Of a stretch of DNA of 64,000 nucleotides, positions 16,359-29,807 are shown piece by piece; position 1 is the first letter of the stretch, and each line of letters begins with the position of its first letter. The translations under genes were made by a program, and so were the position numbers. The notes beneath the pieces were generated by a model that searched no databases, was not told the origin of the DNA, and saw only the letters and a list, made by a program, of their open reading frames with translations. Source of the stretch: Candidatus Melainabacteria bacterium RIFOXYA2_FULL_32_9 (GTDB taxonomy: Bacteria > Cyanobacteriota > Vampirovibrionia > Gastranaerophilales > UBA9579); contig MFRQ01000025.1 of NCBI GenBank assembly GCA_001784615.1, positions 7,568-71,567 on the forward strand. The letters run 5' to 3'.

Positions 16359-17489
16359 TTATGAATTATTAACTCCGTGATAAGCACCTTTAAGTAATAT
16401 TTCCATTTCTGTAGGTGTATCTGAAGACTGTAAAGCTGTTTCTTGAGTAATTAATCCTGTCTGTACAAGTCTTAGTAATGATATATTCATACTCATCATG
16501 CCATTATAATCACCTGCTTTTACAAGTTCATAGATTTTCTCTATTTCATCTCTTGCAATATAATCTCTTACTGCAGGAGTTACAACTAAAAGTTCTGTTG
16601 CAGGAATTCGTCCTTTATTGTCAGCACGTTTTACAAGCTTTTGGGCAATAGTTCCTTGTAATGTAGCTGCTATTTGCAATCTGATAGGTTCCCTTTCGTG
16701 AGGCTCAAAAGCGTTAATAATTCTGTTTATTGTCTGAACAGCATCTGTCGTGTGAAGAGTGGAAAATACAAGGTGACCTGTTTCAGCTGCTTTAAGAGCA
16801 CTTGATATTGTTTCTCTGTCTCTCATTTCACCTATTAATATTATATCCGGATCTTGTCTTAACGCATATTTTAAGCCATTTGGAAAACTATCGGTATCTA
16901 TTCCAAGTTGTCTTTGAGTAAATATGCATTTTTTATTTGTATGGATAAATTCTATAGGATCTTCCAGAGAGATTATATGTTTTTGATATTTTTGATTTAA
17001 ATAATCAAGTATTGAAGCAAGAGTTGTACTTTTACCACTACCTGTAGGCCCTGTTACAAGTATCAAACCATTATTTAATCCTGTAAAGTTCTTTAATACG
17101 GGTGGTAAAGATAAAGCTTCTATAGAAGGAACCTCAAAAGGAACAACCCTTAGAACCATTCCAATTTTGCCCAAATCATGGAGAATATTAGCCCTAAATC
17201 TGGAAACCCCAGGCATTTCTATAGAAAAATCAACATCATAATTTGTACTTATTTTAGCGCGCACTTCTTGAGGAACAATTTTCTCAATTACCTGGTTCAT
17301 ATCTTCAGCAGTTAATGGAGCTAATTTCGTTTTCATCATAATTCCATCTTTCCTGACCATAGGAGGCGCATTGATTCTGAGATGCACATCAGAAATTCCC
17401 TGACTGACAGATAATTGTAGAAATGCTTCAATATCAAATGGCTGAAAAGATGAATTTTCCTGTTCTCTTATTTCTGACTCGATGTTCAT
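16359..17489 (-). CDS. pilT: Type IV pilus twitching-motility ATPase PilT
   Basis: Walker A GPTGSGKST, GEMRD and TGHLVFSTLHT motifs. Start taken at MNIESEIREQ (SD GGAGAA upstream); the listed ORF extends to 17558. Confidence 0.85.
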   Translation of the reverse strand: MNIESEIREQENSSFQPFDIEAFLQLSVSQGISDVHLRINAPPMVRKDGIMMKTKLAPLTAEDMNQVIEKIVPQEVRAKISTNYDVDFSIEMPGVSRFRANILHDLGKIGMVLRVVPFEVPSIEALSLPPVLKNFTGLNNGLILVTGPTGSGKSTTLASILDYLNQKYQKHIISLEDPIEFIHTNKKCIFTQRQLGIDTDSFPNGLKYALRQDPDIILIGEMRDRETISSALKAAETGHLVFSTLHTTDAVQTINRIINAFEPHEREPIRLQIAATLQGTIAQKLVKRADNKGRIPATELLVVTPAVRDYIARDEIEKIYELVKAGDYNGMMSMNISLLRLVQTGLITQETALQSSDTPTEMEILLKGAYHGVNNS

Positions 17490-17612
17490 AAAATTTTTCT
17501 CCAGACAGTTTTTATGAATCAATAAGTTTGTTTTTACAAAAAAGAATCTAGGAAACATGTTACATTATTTCCTGGATTTACTGAAGCCATATTTTTGATA
17601 ATCAGAAATAAG

Positions 17613-18881
17613 TTAACGAATAATTTCACTACCAAAATATGATTGTAATACTTTTGGTATTTTAACAGAGCCATCTTCTTGCTGATAATTTTCAAGAATA
17701 GCTGCAAAAGTCCTTCCTACTGCTAATCCTGAACCATTAATAGTATGCATAAATTCAGGCTTTCCTGTTGTTTTGGATCTATATTTTAAGTTAGCCCTTC
17801 TGGCCTGAAAGTCTCCAAAGTTACTACAGCTTGAAATTTCTCTATAACCTTCAGATGATGGCATCCAAACTTCAAGATCATAACACTTTTGAGCACTAAA
17901 ACCTATATCTCCCGTACATAATTGGATTGTTCTATATGGAAGTTCTAATAATTCAAGAACTTTTTCTGCATTTCTTGTTAATTTTTCATGTTCTTCAAAG
18001 CTTGTTTCAGGAGTACAAAGTTTAACGAGCTCAACTTTATTAAATTGATGCTGTCTTATAAGTCCTCTTGTATCCTTACCGGCTGATCCAGCTTCTCTTC
18101 TAAAGCAAGGTGTATATGCGGTCATATAAAGAGGAAGATCTTCTTCTCTAAGTATTTCGTTCATATAAATATTAGTAAGAGGCACTTCTGCTGTAGGAAT
18201 AAGATAAAGATCCTCTCCCTCACATTTATACATATCTTCTTTAAACTTTGGAAGCTGTCCTGTTCCTGTCATGGATGCAGCATTTACAAGAAAAGGAGGT
18301 AATATTTCAGTATATCCGTGCTCTCTTGTGTGAAGATCAAGGAAAAAGTTTATAATTGCTCTTTCAAGTCTTGCTCCAGCTCCTCTATAAATAGTAAATC
18401 TTGATTCTGCTATCTTTACACCACGTTCAAAATCAATAAGGTCAAGATCAAGACCTATTTCCCAGTGAGGTTTAATTCTAAAAGAAGGCTTTGGAGCTTC
18501 GCTTATAGTTTTAATTACCACATTCTCTTCTGCACAAACACCTACTGGTGTTTCTTCTGCCGGAATATTAGGAACTCCAAGAAGCATATCTCTTTGAGCT
18601 TCATTAAGTTCTGCTTCTAAAACCTCTAATTGTCTTATTTCTTCACCTATTTTTCTTACCTGTTCTTGAAGCTCCGTTGTGTCCTGCCCGGCTTTTTTTA
18701 AGCCTCCAACTTCCTGTGAAAGCTTTTTTCTTTCAGCTCTTAAATTATCAGCTTTAACTTGAACTTCTCTTCTTTGCTTGTCTATATCAATTACGCTATC
18801 TATCGATAACTCGGGATTTCGTCTTTTTAAAAGCTCATTAACTTTATCCGGATTTTCTCTGATAAGTCTTATATCTAGCAT
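17613..18881 (-). CDS. serS: Serine--tRNA ligase
   Basis: 422 aa. [13 protein letters not shown]-terminal coiled-coil arm. Class II motifs ([29 protein letters not shown]). Confidence 0.95.
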   Translation of the reverse strand: MLDIRLIRENPDKVNELLKRRNPELSIDSVIDIDKQRREVQVKADNLRAERKKLSQEVGGLKKAGQDTTELQEQVRKIGEEIRQLEVLEAELNEAQRDMLLGVPNIPAEETPVGVCAEENVVIKTISEAPKPSFRIKPHWEIGLDLDLIDFERGVKIAESRFTIYRGAGARLERAIINFFLDLHTREHGYTEILPPFLVNAASMTGTGQLPKFKEDMYKCEGEDLYLIPTAEVPLTNIYMNEILREEDLPLYMTAYTPCFRREAGSAGKDTRGLIRQHQFNKVELVKLCTPETSFEEHEKLTRNAEKVLELLELPYRTIQLCTGDIGFSAQKCYDLEVWMPSSEGYREISSCSNFGDFQARRANLKYRSKTTGKPEFMHTINGSGLAVGRTFAAILENYQQEDGSVKIPKVLQSYFGSEIIR

Positions 18882-19023
18882 GCCAAACTCTTTCTATTCT
18901 TCTCCAGATTCTTACTCTTATCACACAATTATAATATAAACTTAATAAACTTTACCTATTTAAGAAACGGATTTAGAATTTTGTCAGGTAAAGCTAAAAG
19001 TTTAAATTACTTGAGAAAAGTTA

Positions 19024-19911
19024 ATGACAAAAATATCGAACAATTTTTTTGACTATTTATCTGAATATATTGAGTATCTTTTTATTGAAAGAGGTCTTTC
19101 AAATAACACTGAACAGGCTTACAGAAGAGATTTGACCTCTTTTATTGGATTTCTTGATAAAAACGATATTAATAACTTTGAAAATATAACTCGCTCTATA
19201 GTTAATTCTTACATTAGAGAAATGAGAAATTCCGGATATGCTCCAACCAGTATAACTAGAAAAATAGCCTCATTAAGAGGTTGGTTTAAGTGGATGATAT
19301 CGCAGGAATTGATAAATCATGACCCAACCCTTACTCTTGAACAACCAAAATTAAGCAGACATTTGCCAAAAGTTTTAACAACAAACGAGATTAATAACAT
19401 CCTTTCTCAGAACCTTACAAGTCTTGATAGAGCAATTTTTGAATTATTGTATGCAGCAGGCTTACGTGTATCAGAGCTGGTTAATTTAGCGCTTTCCAAT
19501 GTAAACCTTGAACAGGATTATGTAAGATGTTTTGGAAAAGGTTCAAAAGAGAGACTTGTCCCTATTGGAGAAGAGGCCAAAATAGCTATAAATGTTTATT
19601 TAAAAGAAAGAAATTTCATTTTACGCAAATATAACTTAAATAAAACCTCTTTTTTTCTTACGGAAAATGGCACGGAAATTACAAGACAGGAAGTCTACAA
19701 CATAATAAGAAACCTGGGTAAATTTATTAATAAACATATAACTCCACACACTGTAAGGCATAGCTTTGCTACTCACTTACTTGAAAATGGGGCGGATTTA
19801 AGAGTTGTTCAAGAGCTTCTGGGTCATAGTGACGTATCAACTACTCAACTTTATACTCATGTGAGCAAAAAGAGATTAAAAGATGTTTATTTCAACATTA
19901 TAAATGAATAA
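19024..19911 (+). CDS. xerD: Site-specific tyrosine recombinase, XerD/XerC-like
   Basis: 295 aa. N-terminal SAM-like domain ([16 protein letters not shown]). Catalytic ATGLR-type region, [25 protein letters not shown]. Confidence 0.8.
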   Translation: MTKISNNFFDYLSEYIEYLFIERGLSNNTEQAYRRDLTSFIGFLDKNDINNFENITRSIVNSYIREMRNSGYAPTSITRKIASLRGWFKWMISQELINHDPTLTLEQPKLSRHLPKVLTTNEINNILSQNLTSLDRAIFELLYAAGLRVSELVNLALSNVNLEQDYVRCFGKGSKERLVPIGEEAKIAINVYLKERNFILRKYNLNKTSFFLTENGTEITRQEVYNIIRNLGKFINKHITPHTVRHSFATHLLENGADLRVVQELLGHSDVSTTQLYTHVSKKRLKDVYFNIINE

Positions 19912-20048
19912 ATTTACTTATAAGTATTCTAAATACACTTATTTTAGTTAAAAATTTCTAACTTTAGTATGTTGAACTTTAGCATGAAAAGGTTTATACT
20001 TAATATTGAAAGTTTAAATAAAGATAAAAGACTTAAAGGCCGGTTGCT

Positions 20049-20357
20049 ATGACATGGCAATGGTTTAAATTAAAAGTTATAACATGTATTATTGTTGCAT
20101 CAACCTTTATTATTACAGGTTGTGGTACAACTTCAATAGTAAACACAGGTAATTTACAAAAAAACGTAAGCGGCGATGAACCAGAAAACAACTCTAGTTA
20201 TGAAATGGTTAAATTAAGTAATGGATTAATAATCTACAGAGACAGGTCTGTTTCAAGAAATTCTTCCACAAAATCTCAATCGTCTTCATCGAGTTTTAAT
20301 TTTGGTCCAAGAGAAGTAGGCTTTGACCCCGATCCTGTCGCTTTTAGTAATAGATAG
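20049..20357 (+). CDS. Putative lipoprotein
   Basis: Signal peptide ending in the lipobox IITGC. 102 aa with a Ser-rich tail. A strong terminator follows. Confidence 0.5.
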   Translation: MTWQWFKLKVITCIIVASTFIITGCGTTSIVNTGNLQKNVSGDEPENNSSYEMVKLSNGLIIYRDRSVSRNSSTKSQSSSSSFNFGPREVGFDPDPVAFSNR

Positions 20358-20359
20358 TT

Positions 20360-20392
20360 AAAAATGTCTGGTTAAATAACCAGACATTTTTA
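20360..20392 (+). terminator. Rho-independent terminator
   Basis: atgtctggtt-aaat-aaccagacat followed by TTTTT. Confidence 0.8.
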
Positions 20393-20613
20393 ATATTGGC
20401 TTATAAATTATTTTTTATAGAAATTTTGGATTTTGATGTTGATTATTGAACAATAATAGCCTTTTAGAGATTTGGTAATTAGAGTTAGTAAAATATAAAT
20501 AAAACTCTTTATTGATTGTTTGTAAAAAATTTAAAAATATATAACTTTTTTATAGGTATTTTTTATCAAAAAAGCGTATACTATTATATATACAAGTCTG
20601 GAGAATTTAAACC

Positions 20614-20970
20614 ATGAACACAAAACAGGGCAATCTTGAAAATATCATTTTAAATGCTCTCTGGAATTTAGAAGAAAATTATCATGAAGAAATAAATGTT
20701 GCTAATATCCAGTTTAAAATAAATGTAAACAATAAAAAATGGGCATACACAACTGTAAAAACGGTTTTAGATCGCCTTGTTGAAAAGAAGCTTGTTACAA
20801 GAGTTAAACAAGGTAAGAAATATTGTTACAGATCTAAAATTTCAAGAGAATCAGCAGGTGAAACAGCAATTAAAAATTTATTAAAACGCTATTATAATGA
20901 TAATTTTAGTGAATTTTTAAGGGCAATTGAGAAAGTTAAAGACGAGAATTTACTTGTCACCACTAGATAA
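20614..20970 (+). CDS. BlaI/MecI/CopY-family winged-helix transcriptional repressor
   Basis: 118 aa. E..IL.ALW...WAYTTVKTVLDRLVEKKLVTR...GKKYCY pattern typical of the penicillinase-repressor family. Confidence 0.6.
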   Translation: MNTKQGNLENIILNALWNLEENYHEEINVANIQFKINVNNKKWAYTTVKTVLDRLVEKKLVTRVKQGKKYCYRSKISRESAGETAIKNLLKRYYNDNFSEFLRAIEKVKDENLLVTTR

Positions 20971-20998
20971 TTATTCGTTTTCAATGATATAAAATAAT

Positions 20999-21376
20999 AT
21001 GGGAAAAAAAGAGAAAATTTTATCTATTATTGAAGCAAGAAAATTGGTGTCAGAATTAATTTTCAAAGTTATCCTAAAAACATTATGTGTAAGAGAAGCA
21101 ATACAGCTTTTTCCCCCGGATATTACGGATCCCTCAATACAATGTGCCTGGCATGCCTTAGTCCATTATGAAGCAGATGAAAAAAACAGAACGGATCAAG
21201 AATATGCCAGAGAACAAGACGAGTATTTGGAAATGATAGCCTTCTTACTTAGAGATGCTAAAGAAATCCCAAGAAATATAATCAACAGCTATGATAAATA
21301 TTATGATATGGCATTAATTCCTAATTCTAAAACAATCTGGGGTTGGCTTAGAGGGTTATTCCGTTTTACGATCTAG
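20999..21376 (+). CDS. Hypothetical protein (125 aa), co-oriented with the BlaI-like gene
   Basis: ORF 28 nt downstream of the BlaI-like gene. No recognisable domain and no clear SD. Confidence 0.4.
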   Translation: MGKKEKILSIIEARKLVSELIFKVILKTLCVREAIQLFPPDITDPSIQCAWHALVHYEADEKNRTDQEYAREQDEYLEMIAFLLRDAKEIPRNIINSYDKYYDMALIPNSKTIWGWLRGLFRFTI

Positions 21377-21470
21377 GCATCATCAAAATAATTTTTTTAC
21401 ATAATTGCAGCTAATATAAAATCTGATACTATAAATCATATAGGACTACAGACGGATTAAGAAAGAAAAA

Positions 21471-22004
21471 ATGAGAACAAAAGGGCAAAGTTTAATAGAA
21501 TTTGTAATAGTAATACCTATTTTACTGGTTTTATTATTTGGAATAATAGAATATGCTTTATTCTGGAGAAATGTTCAAGCTGTTCAACAAATAGCTCTTG
21601 AATCAGCTGTTATTGCTACTGATGAATATATTCCTCTTTCAGGAGGTCAAAATACCGCAGCTGATAAAGCAGCTGATTATGTTGCATCTCGTTTATCATC
21701 ATTGGGATTAAGTTCAGACATTTTATCAACATCTTCAAAAATCATTCTAGATAATGAATCCGAAGAACCTTTTGCTGCATATGAATATAAAAGTGGTGCT
21801 GCACCAAACGGAGAACCACTAATTAGGTTTGTTATTGATTATAGGAACCCTTTAACAAGGGGGGTTATTACACAATTATCTTATCAATATAAAACTGTTT
21901 TATTTGGACTGGAATTTCAACTTCCCGGAGGGAAAAAAATAGTAATTATTCCAGGTTATATTCCAATCAGTAGTACAAAAATTCAGCAATATAATAAATA
22001 TTAG
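21471..22004 (+). CDS. TadE/TadG-like pilus-associated protein
   Basis: N-terminal GQSLIEFVIVIPILLVLLFGIIEYALFW matches the TadE-like pseudopilin N-terminal motif. Confidence 0.55.
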   Translation: MRTKGQSLIEFVIVIPILLVLLFGIIEYALFWRNVQAVQQIALESAVIATDEYIPLSGGQNTAADKAADYVASRLSSLGLSSDILSTSSKIILDNESEEPFAAYEYKSGAAPNGEPLIRFVIDYRNPLTRGVITQLSYQYKTVLFGLEFQLPGGKKIVIIPGYIPISSTKIQQYNKY

Positions 22005-22012
22005 AGATATTT

Positions 22013-22618
22013 ATGAATAAATGGTCAAAATTATTAGATGTTACTTCTCCTGAATGTAAAAAAACAGGCAATTGTTGCAGATTTTCTTCGCCTTCAACCC
22101 CAGGAGTACTTTTACTAAAAAAAGCTGCTGAAAATGATGAATTTGCAAGAGATTATTTGTCCATATTTATTCCTTATTCAAGTCTTGAAGATGTGAGAAA
22201 GTTAAATGAGAGAGTTGTTGAGAAAAATCTCGAAGTTCTTCAAAAACAGAAATGCGGCAAAGTTAATGCAGATAATATAGTTTTTTATTATTGTAGATTT
22301 CTTGCTGATAATAACAGTTGTATGATTTACGAAGATAGACCCTCACTATGCAGAGATTTTCCTGATTCTCCTTTTCTTGTTCTTGCTCCTGGATGTGCCT
22401 ACCAAGAATGGTCTGATGAATGTAAGAAAAAATATGCTCAATTAAAAGAAGATATTCAAAAAAAGAAAGAAGAGCTGAAAAATTTAAAATATCAACGCAA
22501 AGCTACAAGATTATTAAATCAGTTAAAAAGAATTAATAATGATGAATATAAAACTGCTTTTATATTACCTTCCTTAAATCTGGTATCACCAGGAACTTCG
22601 TGGATAAAACTTTATTAA
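22013..22618 (+). CDS. YkgJ-family cysteine-cluster (zinc/iron-chelating, UPF0153) protein
   Basis: CKKTGNCC near the N-terminus and YCRFL..NNSCMIYEDRPSLCRDFP, typical of the CxxCxxCC family. Confidence 0.6.
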   Translation: MNKWSKLLDVTSPECKKTGNCCRFSSPSTPGVLLLKKAAENDEFARDYLSIFIPYSSLEDVRKLNERVVEKNLEVLQKQKCGKVNADNIVFYYCRFLADNNSCMIYEDRPSLCRDFPDSPFLVLAPGCAYQEWSDECKKKYAQLKEDIQKKKEELKNLKYQRKATRLLNQLKRINNDEYKTAFILPSLNLVSPGTSWIKLY

Positions 22619-22918
22619 TATCCTTATTTAAGAAATAAGTATTTTTCCACTGTCTTTATAATGAATTGTAATATCGTAAAAACATATACTAACGATAAAA
22701 AGCTTGTAGAGGGTCTTTTTTCGTTATACACTAATTGTGAATTAATTAGAGGTTTAAAGTATTCCATATAAATACGTTTTTCTCGATTTTGCAGACTTTG
22801 TTGAGTGATATGTAAAGTTACATTGGCCCAAAACAACGATGTATGTTAAAATTAAGTGTAGGGTAATAGATTTTTTTATAAATCAGTTATACGGAATTTA
22901 AGAAAACAGAGGCTATAA

Positions 22919-25366
<2,448 letters not shown>

Positions 25367-25380
25367 TATTCTAAAATACA

Positions 25381-25415
25381 AAAAGAGCCTTGATTAAATC
25401 AAGGCTCTTTTTATT
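25381..25415. terminator. Bidirectional rho-independent terminator
   Basis: aaaagagccttga-ttaaa-tcaaggctctttt flanked by A- and T-runs, between convergent genes. Confidence 0.8.
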
Positions 25416-25423
25416 TATTTTAA

Positions 25424-25933
25424 TTATCCATTTAGCTTTAACTTATTAAACTTTTCAAAAACATTTGCATTTACTTGAGAAGGTTGTTCTTGCTTTTTAC
25501 TTTTGCCCATTGGTAAACGATCAATAATTTTACCTAACAAGGCATTATTTAATAATGGCGTAATAACAGCTACTGTTGCAGCTGTTCCAACAAATGAAGT
25601 AAGCAATAGAGCTGTTTTCACTTTTTGATCTTGAACTCCCAATTTAGTCATTTCAGTTAATCTTATTTTATCCAGCATTTCTTTAGAAAAATCTTTTATT
25701 CCTTGTTGGTTGGCTACAAGCTTAGAAACGAGATTTTCTGCAGCTGATACAAATAAATATATAATAGGTATATTAAAAAGCTCCGTGAAAAACTCTCTTG
25801 TTGCTGTATATTTCCTGGTTTCAATAGGAACTTTATTATTAGACATAGTAATTATAGGCCTTCCAATCATACAAGCTGTTGAAATTCCAAGAGATGTGTT
25901 TTTAGCTGTGGAGAGAAATGAGCTTATATTCAT
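25424..25933 (-). CDS. Hypothetical protein (169 aa), probably membrane-associated
   Basis: SD GAGGT 7 nt upstream. Hydrophobic segments (IPIIYLFVSAAENL; ALLLTSFVGTAATVAVITPLL). No recognised domain. Confidence 0.5.
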   Translation of the reverse strand: MNISSFLSTAKNTSLGISTACMIGRPIITMSNNKVPIETRKYTATREFFTELFNIPIIYLFVSAAENLVSKLVANQQGIKDFSKEMLDKIRLTEMTKLGVQDQKVKTALLLTSFVGTAATVAVITPLLNNALLGKIIDRLPMGKSKKQEQPSQVNANVFEKFNKLKLNG

Positions 25934-26093
25934 TTCTATTACCTCGTTTAATTTAATATTTAGTAATTATTCTTTATCTTACTTCGCATGAAAACCCATT
26001 AATATAATTTGTTGCTATTTTATGAAGATCTTTATAGTTTTATGTAAGAAAAATTATCTTTCTTGATGAAAATTCTTCAAATTCTTTGCTGAA

Positions 26094-27344
26094 CTATGCT
26101 GTGATTTCTTCTTTAACCTCAGGATTAATGTTTGATTCTGTAATCCCTGAATCCACAGGAATTAAAACAGGCTTTCTTAGAGTTGTTATTCCAACAAGGG
26201 CAATATACAAGAAGGATACTGTACCTGCTACCAATAAACCCAATGTCAATGAATTAGTTAATGCTGAAATAAAACCAATAACCGGTGTAGTTATTGCACC
26301 ACCCGCTATAGCTGAACAAAGTATTCCTGCCACTGTTCCTTCCTGTCTTTTATCAAAGGAATTAACGGCTAATGAGAATATACTTGGAAACATAATTGAA
26401 GTGAAAAAACCAACAGCTATAAATCCTATCATAGAGAGATTTGCTGTTGGAGCTACTACAGCAATTATTAAGCAGGCTAAAGCTGCTAAAGCATATTCTA
26501 TTAAAGCTTTTGGTGCTGGCAAATAATTTAAAACAAAACCACCAATAAGACGACCAACTGATTGAAAAATCCAATATAAAGATACTATTTTAGCAGCTAA
26601 CAAGATATCAACGGCTCGATTTTCCATTAAAAATGTTGAAATCCAGGTTGCAATGCCTACTTCAATACCCACGTAAATAAAAATTCCTAAAGCAAAAAGA
26701 AACATTAAGGGATTTGAAAGAAGTTTTAAATAATCTTCTTTAGTAGGTTTAGAATAACCCGCTTCTACAGCTGTTTCAGGAATTTTAATGGTTAATGCAA
26801 ATACCGCAAGTAACAGAGCTAAACCTCCGAAAATAAAATATATGGATGTCCACTGAAATCCAAGGTCTTTAATTAAATAACCAATAAGGAATCCACCACC
26901 AGCCCCGCCTATTCCGCAAAAAACTTGAGCTAATGTTAAATTACGAGAGTATTTAGCAGGATTATCATCCACTTTTTTTACTAATAAATTTCCAACTATT
27001 TGAAGGGCTGTTACCCCAATTCCAATTATAAATAATGAAATTAATCCAACTTCGTATTTCGGCATAAATGCAAATATCATAGAACCAACTAGCACAAGTG
27101 AAACTGCCCATAACAAGGTTTTCTTACTTCCAATATTATCGTGCAATATTCCCTGGGGTAATGAGGTTAAACCATATGCTAAAAAGAATGCTGATCCCAG
27201 AAAACTAACCAAAGTACTGCTTAATGCAAAATCTTCTTTCCAAAATGGCAGTAAAATACCAGGAATATTAGTAATCAAGGCAAAAGTGAAATAATTCATA
27301 AGCAATAGCAATAATAATTGAATTTTTAATCTTTTACCCTTCAT
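26094..27344 (-). CDS. MFS transporter (sugar/FucP-like)
   Basis: 416 aa, ~12 hydrophobic helices, N-terminal pattern typical of glucose/galactose-type MFS. The antisense ORF 26086..26526 is rejected. Confidence 0.75.
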   Translation of the reverse strand: MKGKRLKIQLLLLLLMNYFTFALITNIPGILLPFWKEDFALSSTLVSFLGSAFFLAYGLTSLPQGILHDNIGSKKTLLWAVSLVLVGSMIFAFMPKYEVGLISLFIIGIGVTALQIVGNLLVKKVDDNPAKYSRNLTLAQVFCGIGGAGGGFLIGYLIKDLGFQWTSIYFIFGGLALLLAVFALTIKIPETAVEAGYSKPTKEDYLKLLSNPLMFLFALGIFIYVGIEVGIATWISTFLMENRAVDILLAAKIVSLYWIFQSVGRLIGGFVLNYLPAPKALIEYALAALACLIIAVVAPTANLSMIGFIAVGFFTSIMFPSIFSLAVNSFDKRQEGTVAGILCSAIAGGAITTPVIGFISALTNSLTLGLLVAGTVSFLYIALVGITTLRKPVLIPVDSGITESNINPEVKEEITA

Positions 27345-27772
27345 TCTTTCAAACTCCTTATACTATTAATTAGTTTTATGATCATATTATGAAGTTATCC
27401 CATGTTCAAATAATTTTAAAAACCAAATAGGTAAAGAGTCTATAATAATTTATACATCTGGCTATTACCTGACAGAATAAATTTTACATAAAGCATTGGG
27501 AGGCGCCTACTACTAATTTCGGTACCTCCCAACTATTTTAAATTATAAACAAATTAAAATATTTTAAAATTCATCTATCAGCTAAATTATTAAGCTTATT
27601 TTAAGCGAAAAAAGCCTATTCTTCTAATAATTTATACCTGATTAATTTTTTACACTATGTAGACTTTTGTAAAAATTATAAAAAGTAGTACATTCATATA
27701 CTTAATTTTTTTTAAAATTAGTGTAGAATAGATAGGTAACTATAAACGAGGGTTATTGGAGTTAAAGTAAGA

Positions 27773-28081
27773 ATGGAAGCTATTAGGGGAAATCAGGCTT
27801 ATTTTTTACCTAAAAACACTACTATTGTGAAAGAAAACAAAGATCACAATGTGGAAGTTGCCAGGTTGTTAGATTATGACCCTGGAACAAAAGAATTACT
27901 TGTAGAAAATCAGGATTCAGGCAAGGTTCAAAAATGGCTGCAAGACAAGAGTGTAAACACTGTTAAAGAACATTTAGACAAAAAAGAAAATCAATTACGT
28001 GTAGCATCAGAAATTATTGCTGGTTTAACTTTGAGAAAAGAAAATTTATCAGAAGATAAAAAATTAAATTTACTTGCATAA
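27773..28081 (+). CDS. Hypothetical protein (102 aa)
   Basis: ORF with GGAG upstream and its own strong terminator. No recognised domain. Confidence 0.45.
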   Translation: MEAIRGNQAYFLPKNTTIVKENKDHNVEVARLLDYDPGTKELLVENQDSGKVQKWLQDKSVNTVKEHLDKKENQLRVASEIIAGLTLRKENLSEDKKLNLLA

Positions 28082-28099
28082 ATTTTTAAAATGTTTGAA

Positions 28100-28131
28100 A
28101 TAAGCTTCCTTAATAAGGAAGCTTATTTTTT
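28100..28131 (+). terminator. Rho-independent terminator
   Basis: ataagcttcctt-aat-aaggaagcttat followed by TTTTT. Confidence 0.8.
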
Positions 28132-28159
28132 GGTGATAATATCACCTAATTTAAGTTAC
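28132..28159. repeat. Palindrome-core repeat, copy 1 (GGTGATAATATCACC + taatttaagttac)
   Basis: Perfect 15-bp palindrome ggtgataatatcacc. The flank is shared with copies at 34088, 42526 and 46309. Confidence 0.7.
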
Positions 28160-28226
28160 AGATTGTAGTCTTTGAAACAGATAGACTTAATTTAAAGCTA
28201 TCAATTTACGTTATAGCACTACTATT

Positions 28227-29609
28227 TTAATTTAGATGTGAACTATATTTTGCTGCCAGGAAGCATTTTCTAATACTGCCTTCCCTAAATAACTTTAATT
28301 GTGTAAGTAAAGGCGGCATTATACCTAAAAGACTTTTTGCTCTATTGAATGTTGGGGTAAATGAAGAAGGGAGAATAAATCTTTTCATAATACTAGGAAT
28401 GGAATAAACCCTTTTACAGGCATAATTATAACCATCTTGTAATGTTTTAGGAGACATTAGTTTGGGTTGAAATACAACGTGATTACAATCGTATTTAGAC
28501 CAGTCTCGCTGAATAATTCTTCCTTCTGACTCCATTCTGTCAAAAAGAGGTGTATTAGGATAAGGGGTTAAAATCCAGAAGCAGGGAAAATCAATTTTTG
28601 CATCTTCAGCGAATTTACATGTTTTATCAAAAACAGTTTCATCATCAAAGTCAAAGCCAAAAATCATAAAAGCCATTAAGGTAATGCCGTATTTATGAAG
28701 CTTATCCACCATATAGAAGTAATCATCTACTTTATTAATGGATTTTTTATTCACTGTTTCAAGGCTTTGAGGAGATAAACTCTCTAACCCCATCATTAAA
28801 TTGATACAACCGCTATCTCTTGCAAGCTCAAGCATTTCATCATCATATATAATACTCATGCAGCATTGTGAAGTCCATTTTATTTTCAAGGGAGTAAGCG
28901 CTTTAAACAACTGTTTAGCTCTTTTAGGGTTTGCAGCTATATTATCATCAACGAAAAAAATGTATTTTGAATCAAGAGCTTCAACTTCTCTGACTACATC
29001 ATCTATAGATCTATGCCTGTAAGTTTTTCCAAAAAAGTTTGTAACTGAACAATAATCACAATTATAAGGACAACCTCTGGTTGTTTGTATGGGTTTAAAT
29101 AGAACAGCATATTTATCTAAAGAAAGTTTATTTAAATTTGGAGACGGTATATTTGTTAAGTCTATGCTTGTTGTATTTTCATACCTTGGTTTTAATATTC
29201 CCTGATTAAAATCACTTAGAACTTCTTTCCACAAGTATTCAGCTTCACCTATAAGAATGCTATCAGCATATAATTGAACTTCATCAGGTAATAAGGAAGG
29301 ATGCATTCCTCCAAAAATAACTTTTTTACCTCTTTTTCTGAATTCTTCAGCAATTTGATAAGCTCTTGGAACTTGAGCTGTAGTTGTAGAAATACCTACT
29401 AAATCAATGTCTGCATCAAAATTTATATCTTCAATAAATTCATCTATAATGCTGGTTTCAAACTCATTTGGGGTTATTGCTGCAAGTTGTGGCAAGGCTA
29501 ACCTTGGAAATAAACCTTTGGTATTTTTTCTTATACTTCCATCATCATCTATTTGGGAAGGTTGAATCAGTAATACCTTTGTTTTTCTAGAATTATCAGT
29601 AATATTCAT
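28227..29609 (-). CDS. B12-binding-domain radical SAM protein (canonical CxxxCxxC)
   Basis: 460 aa. N-terminal cobalamin-binding-like domain (VLLIQPS...LPQLAAITP...VGISTTT). Radical SAM motif TTRGCPYNCDYCSV. Confidence 0.8.
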   Translation of the reverse strand: MNITDNSRKTKVLLIQPSQIDDDGSIRKNTKGLFPRLALPQLAAITPNEFETSIIDEFIEDINFDADIDLVGISTTTAQVPRAYQIAEEFRKRGKKVIFGGMHPSLLPDEVQLYADSILIGEAEYLWKEVLSDFNQGILKPRYENTTSIDLTNIPSPNLNKLSLDKYAVLFKPIQTTRGCPYNCDYCSVTNFFGKTYRHRSIDDVVREVEALDSKYIFFVDDNIAANPKRAKQLFKALTPLKIKWTSQCCMSIIYDDEMLELARDSGCINLMMGLESLSPQSLETVNKKSINKVDDYFYMVDKLHKYGITLMAFMIFGFDFDDETVFDKTCKFAEDAKIDFPCFWILTPYPNTPLFDRMESEGRIIQRDWSKYDCNHVVFQPKLMSPKTLQDGYNYACKRVYSIPSIMKRFILPSSFTPTFNRAKSLLGIMPPLLTQLKLFREGSIRKCFLAAKYSSHLN

Positions 29610-29807
29610 TCTACAACTCCATTAGAACGTTTTGCGGGCAAAATGGCTCTATTGCCTGTAATAACAGTATCATAACGGATAAACAACCAACAATAACTGA
29701 TATAGGTATAACCATATGACTAAACTAATAAGTACTTGGTTATAATTGTATAATTGGTGAAAACTAGTGTGTATATCGACAAATAATATGCTAAAATCTC
29801 CCAAACT

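Noticed and set aside
17490-17558. N-terminal 23-aa extension of PilT (MFPRFFFVKTNLLIHKNCLEKNF).
   Set aside because: It has no similarity to PilT N-termini. A GGAGAA SD precedes the internal ATG at 17489, giving a typical-length PilT.
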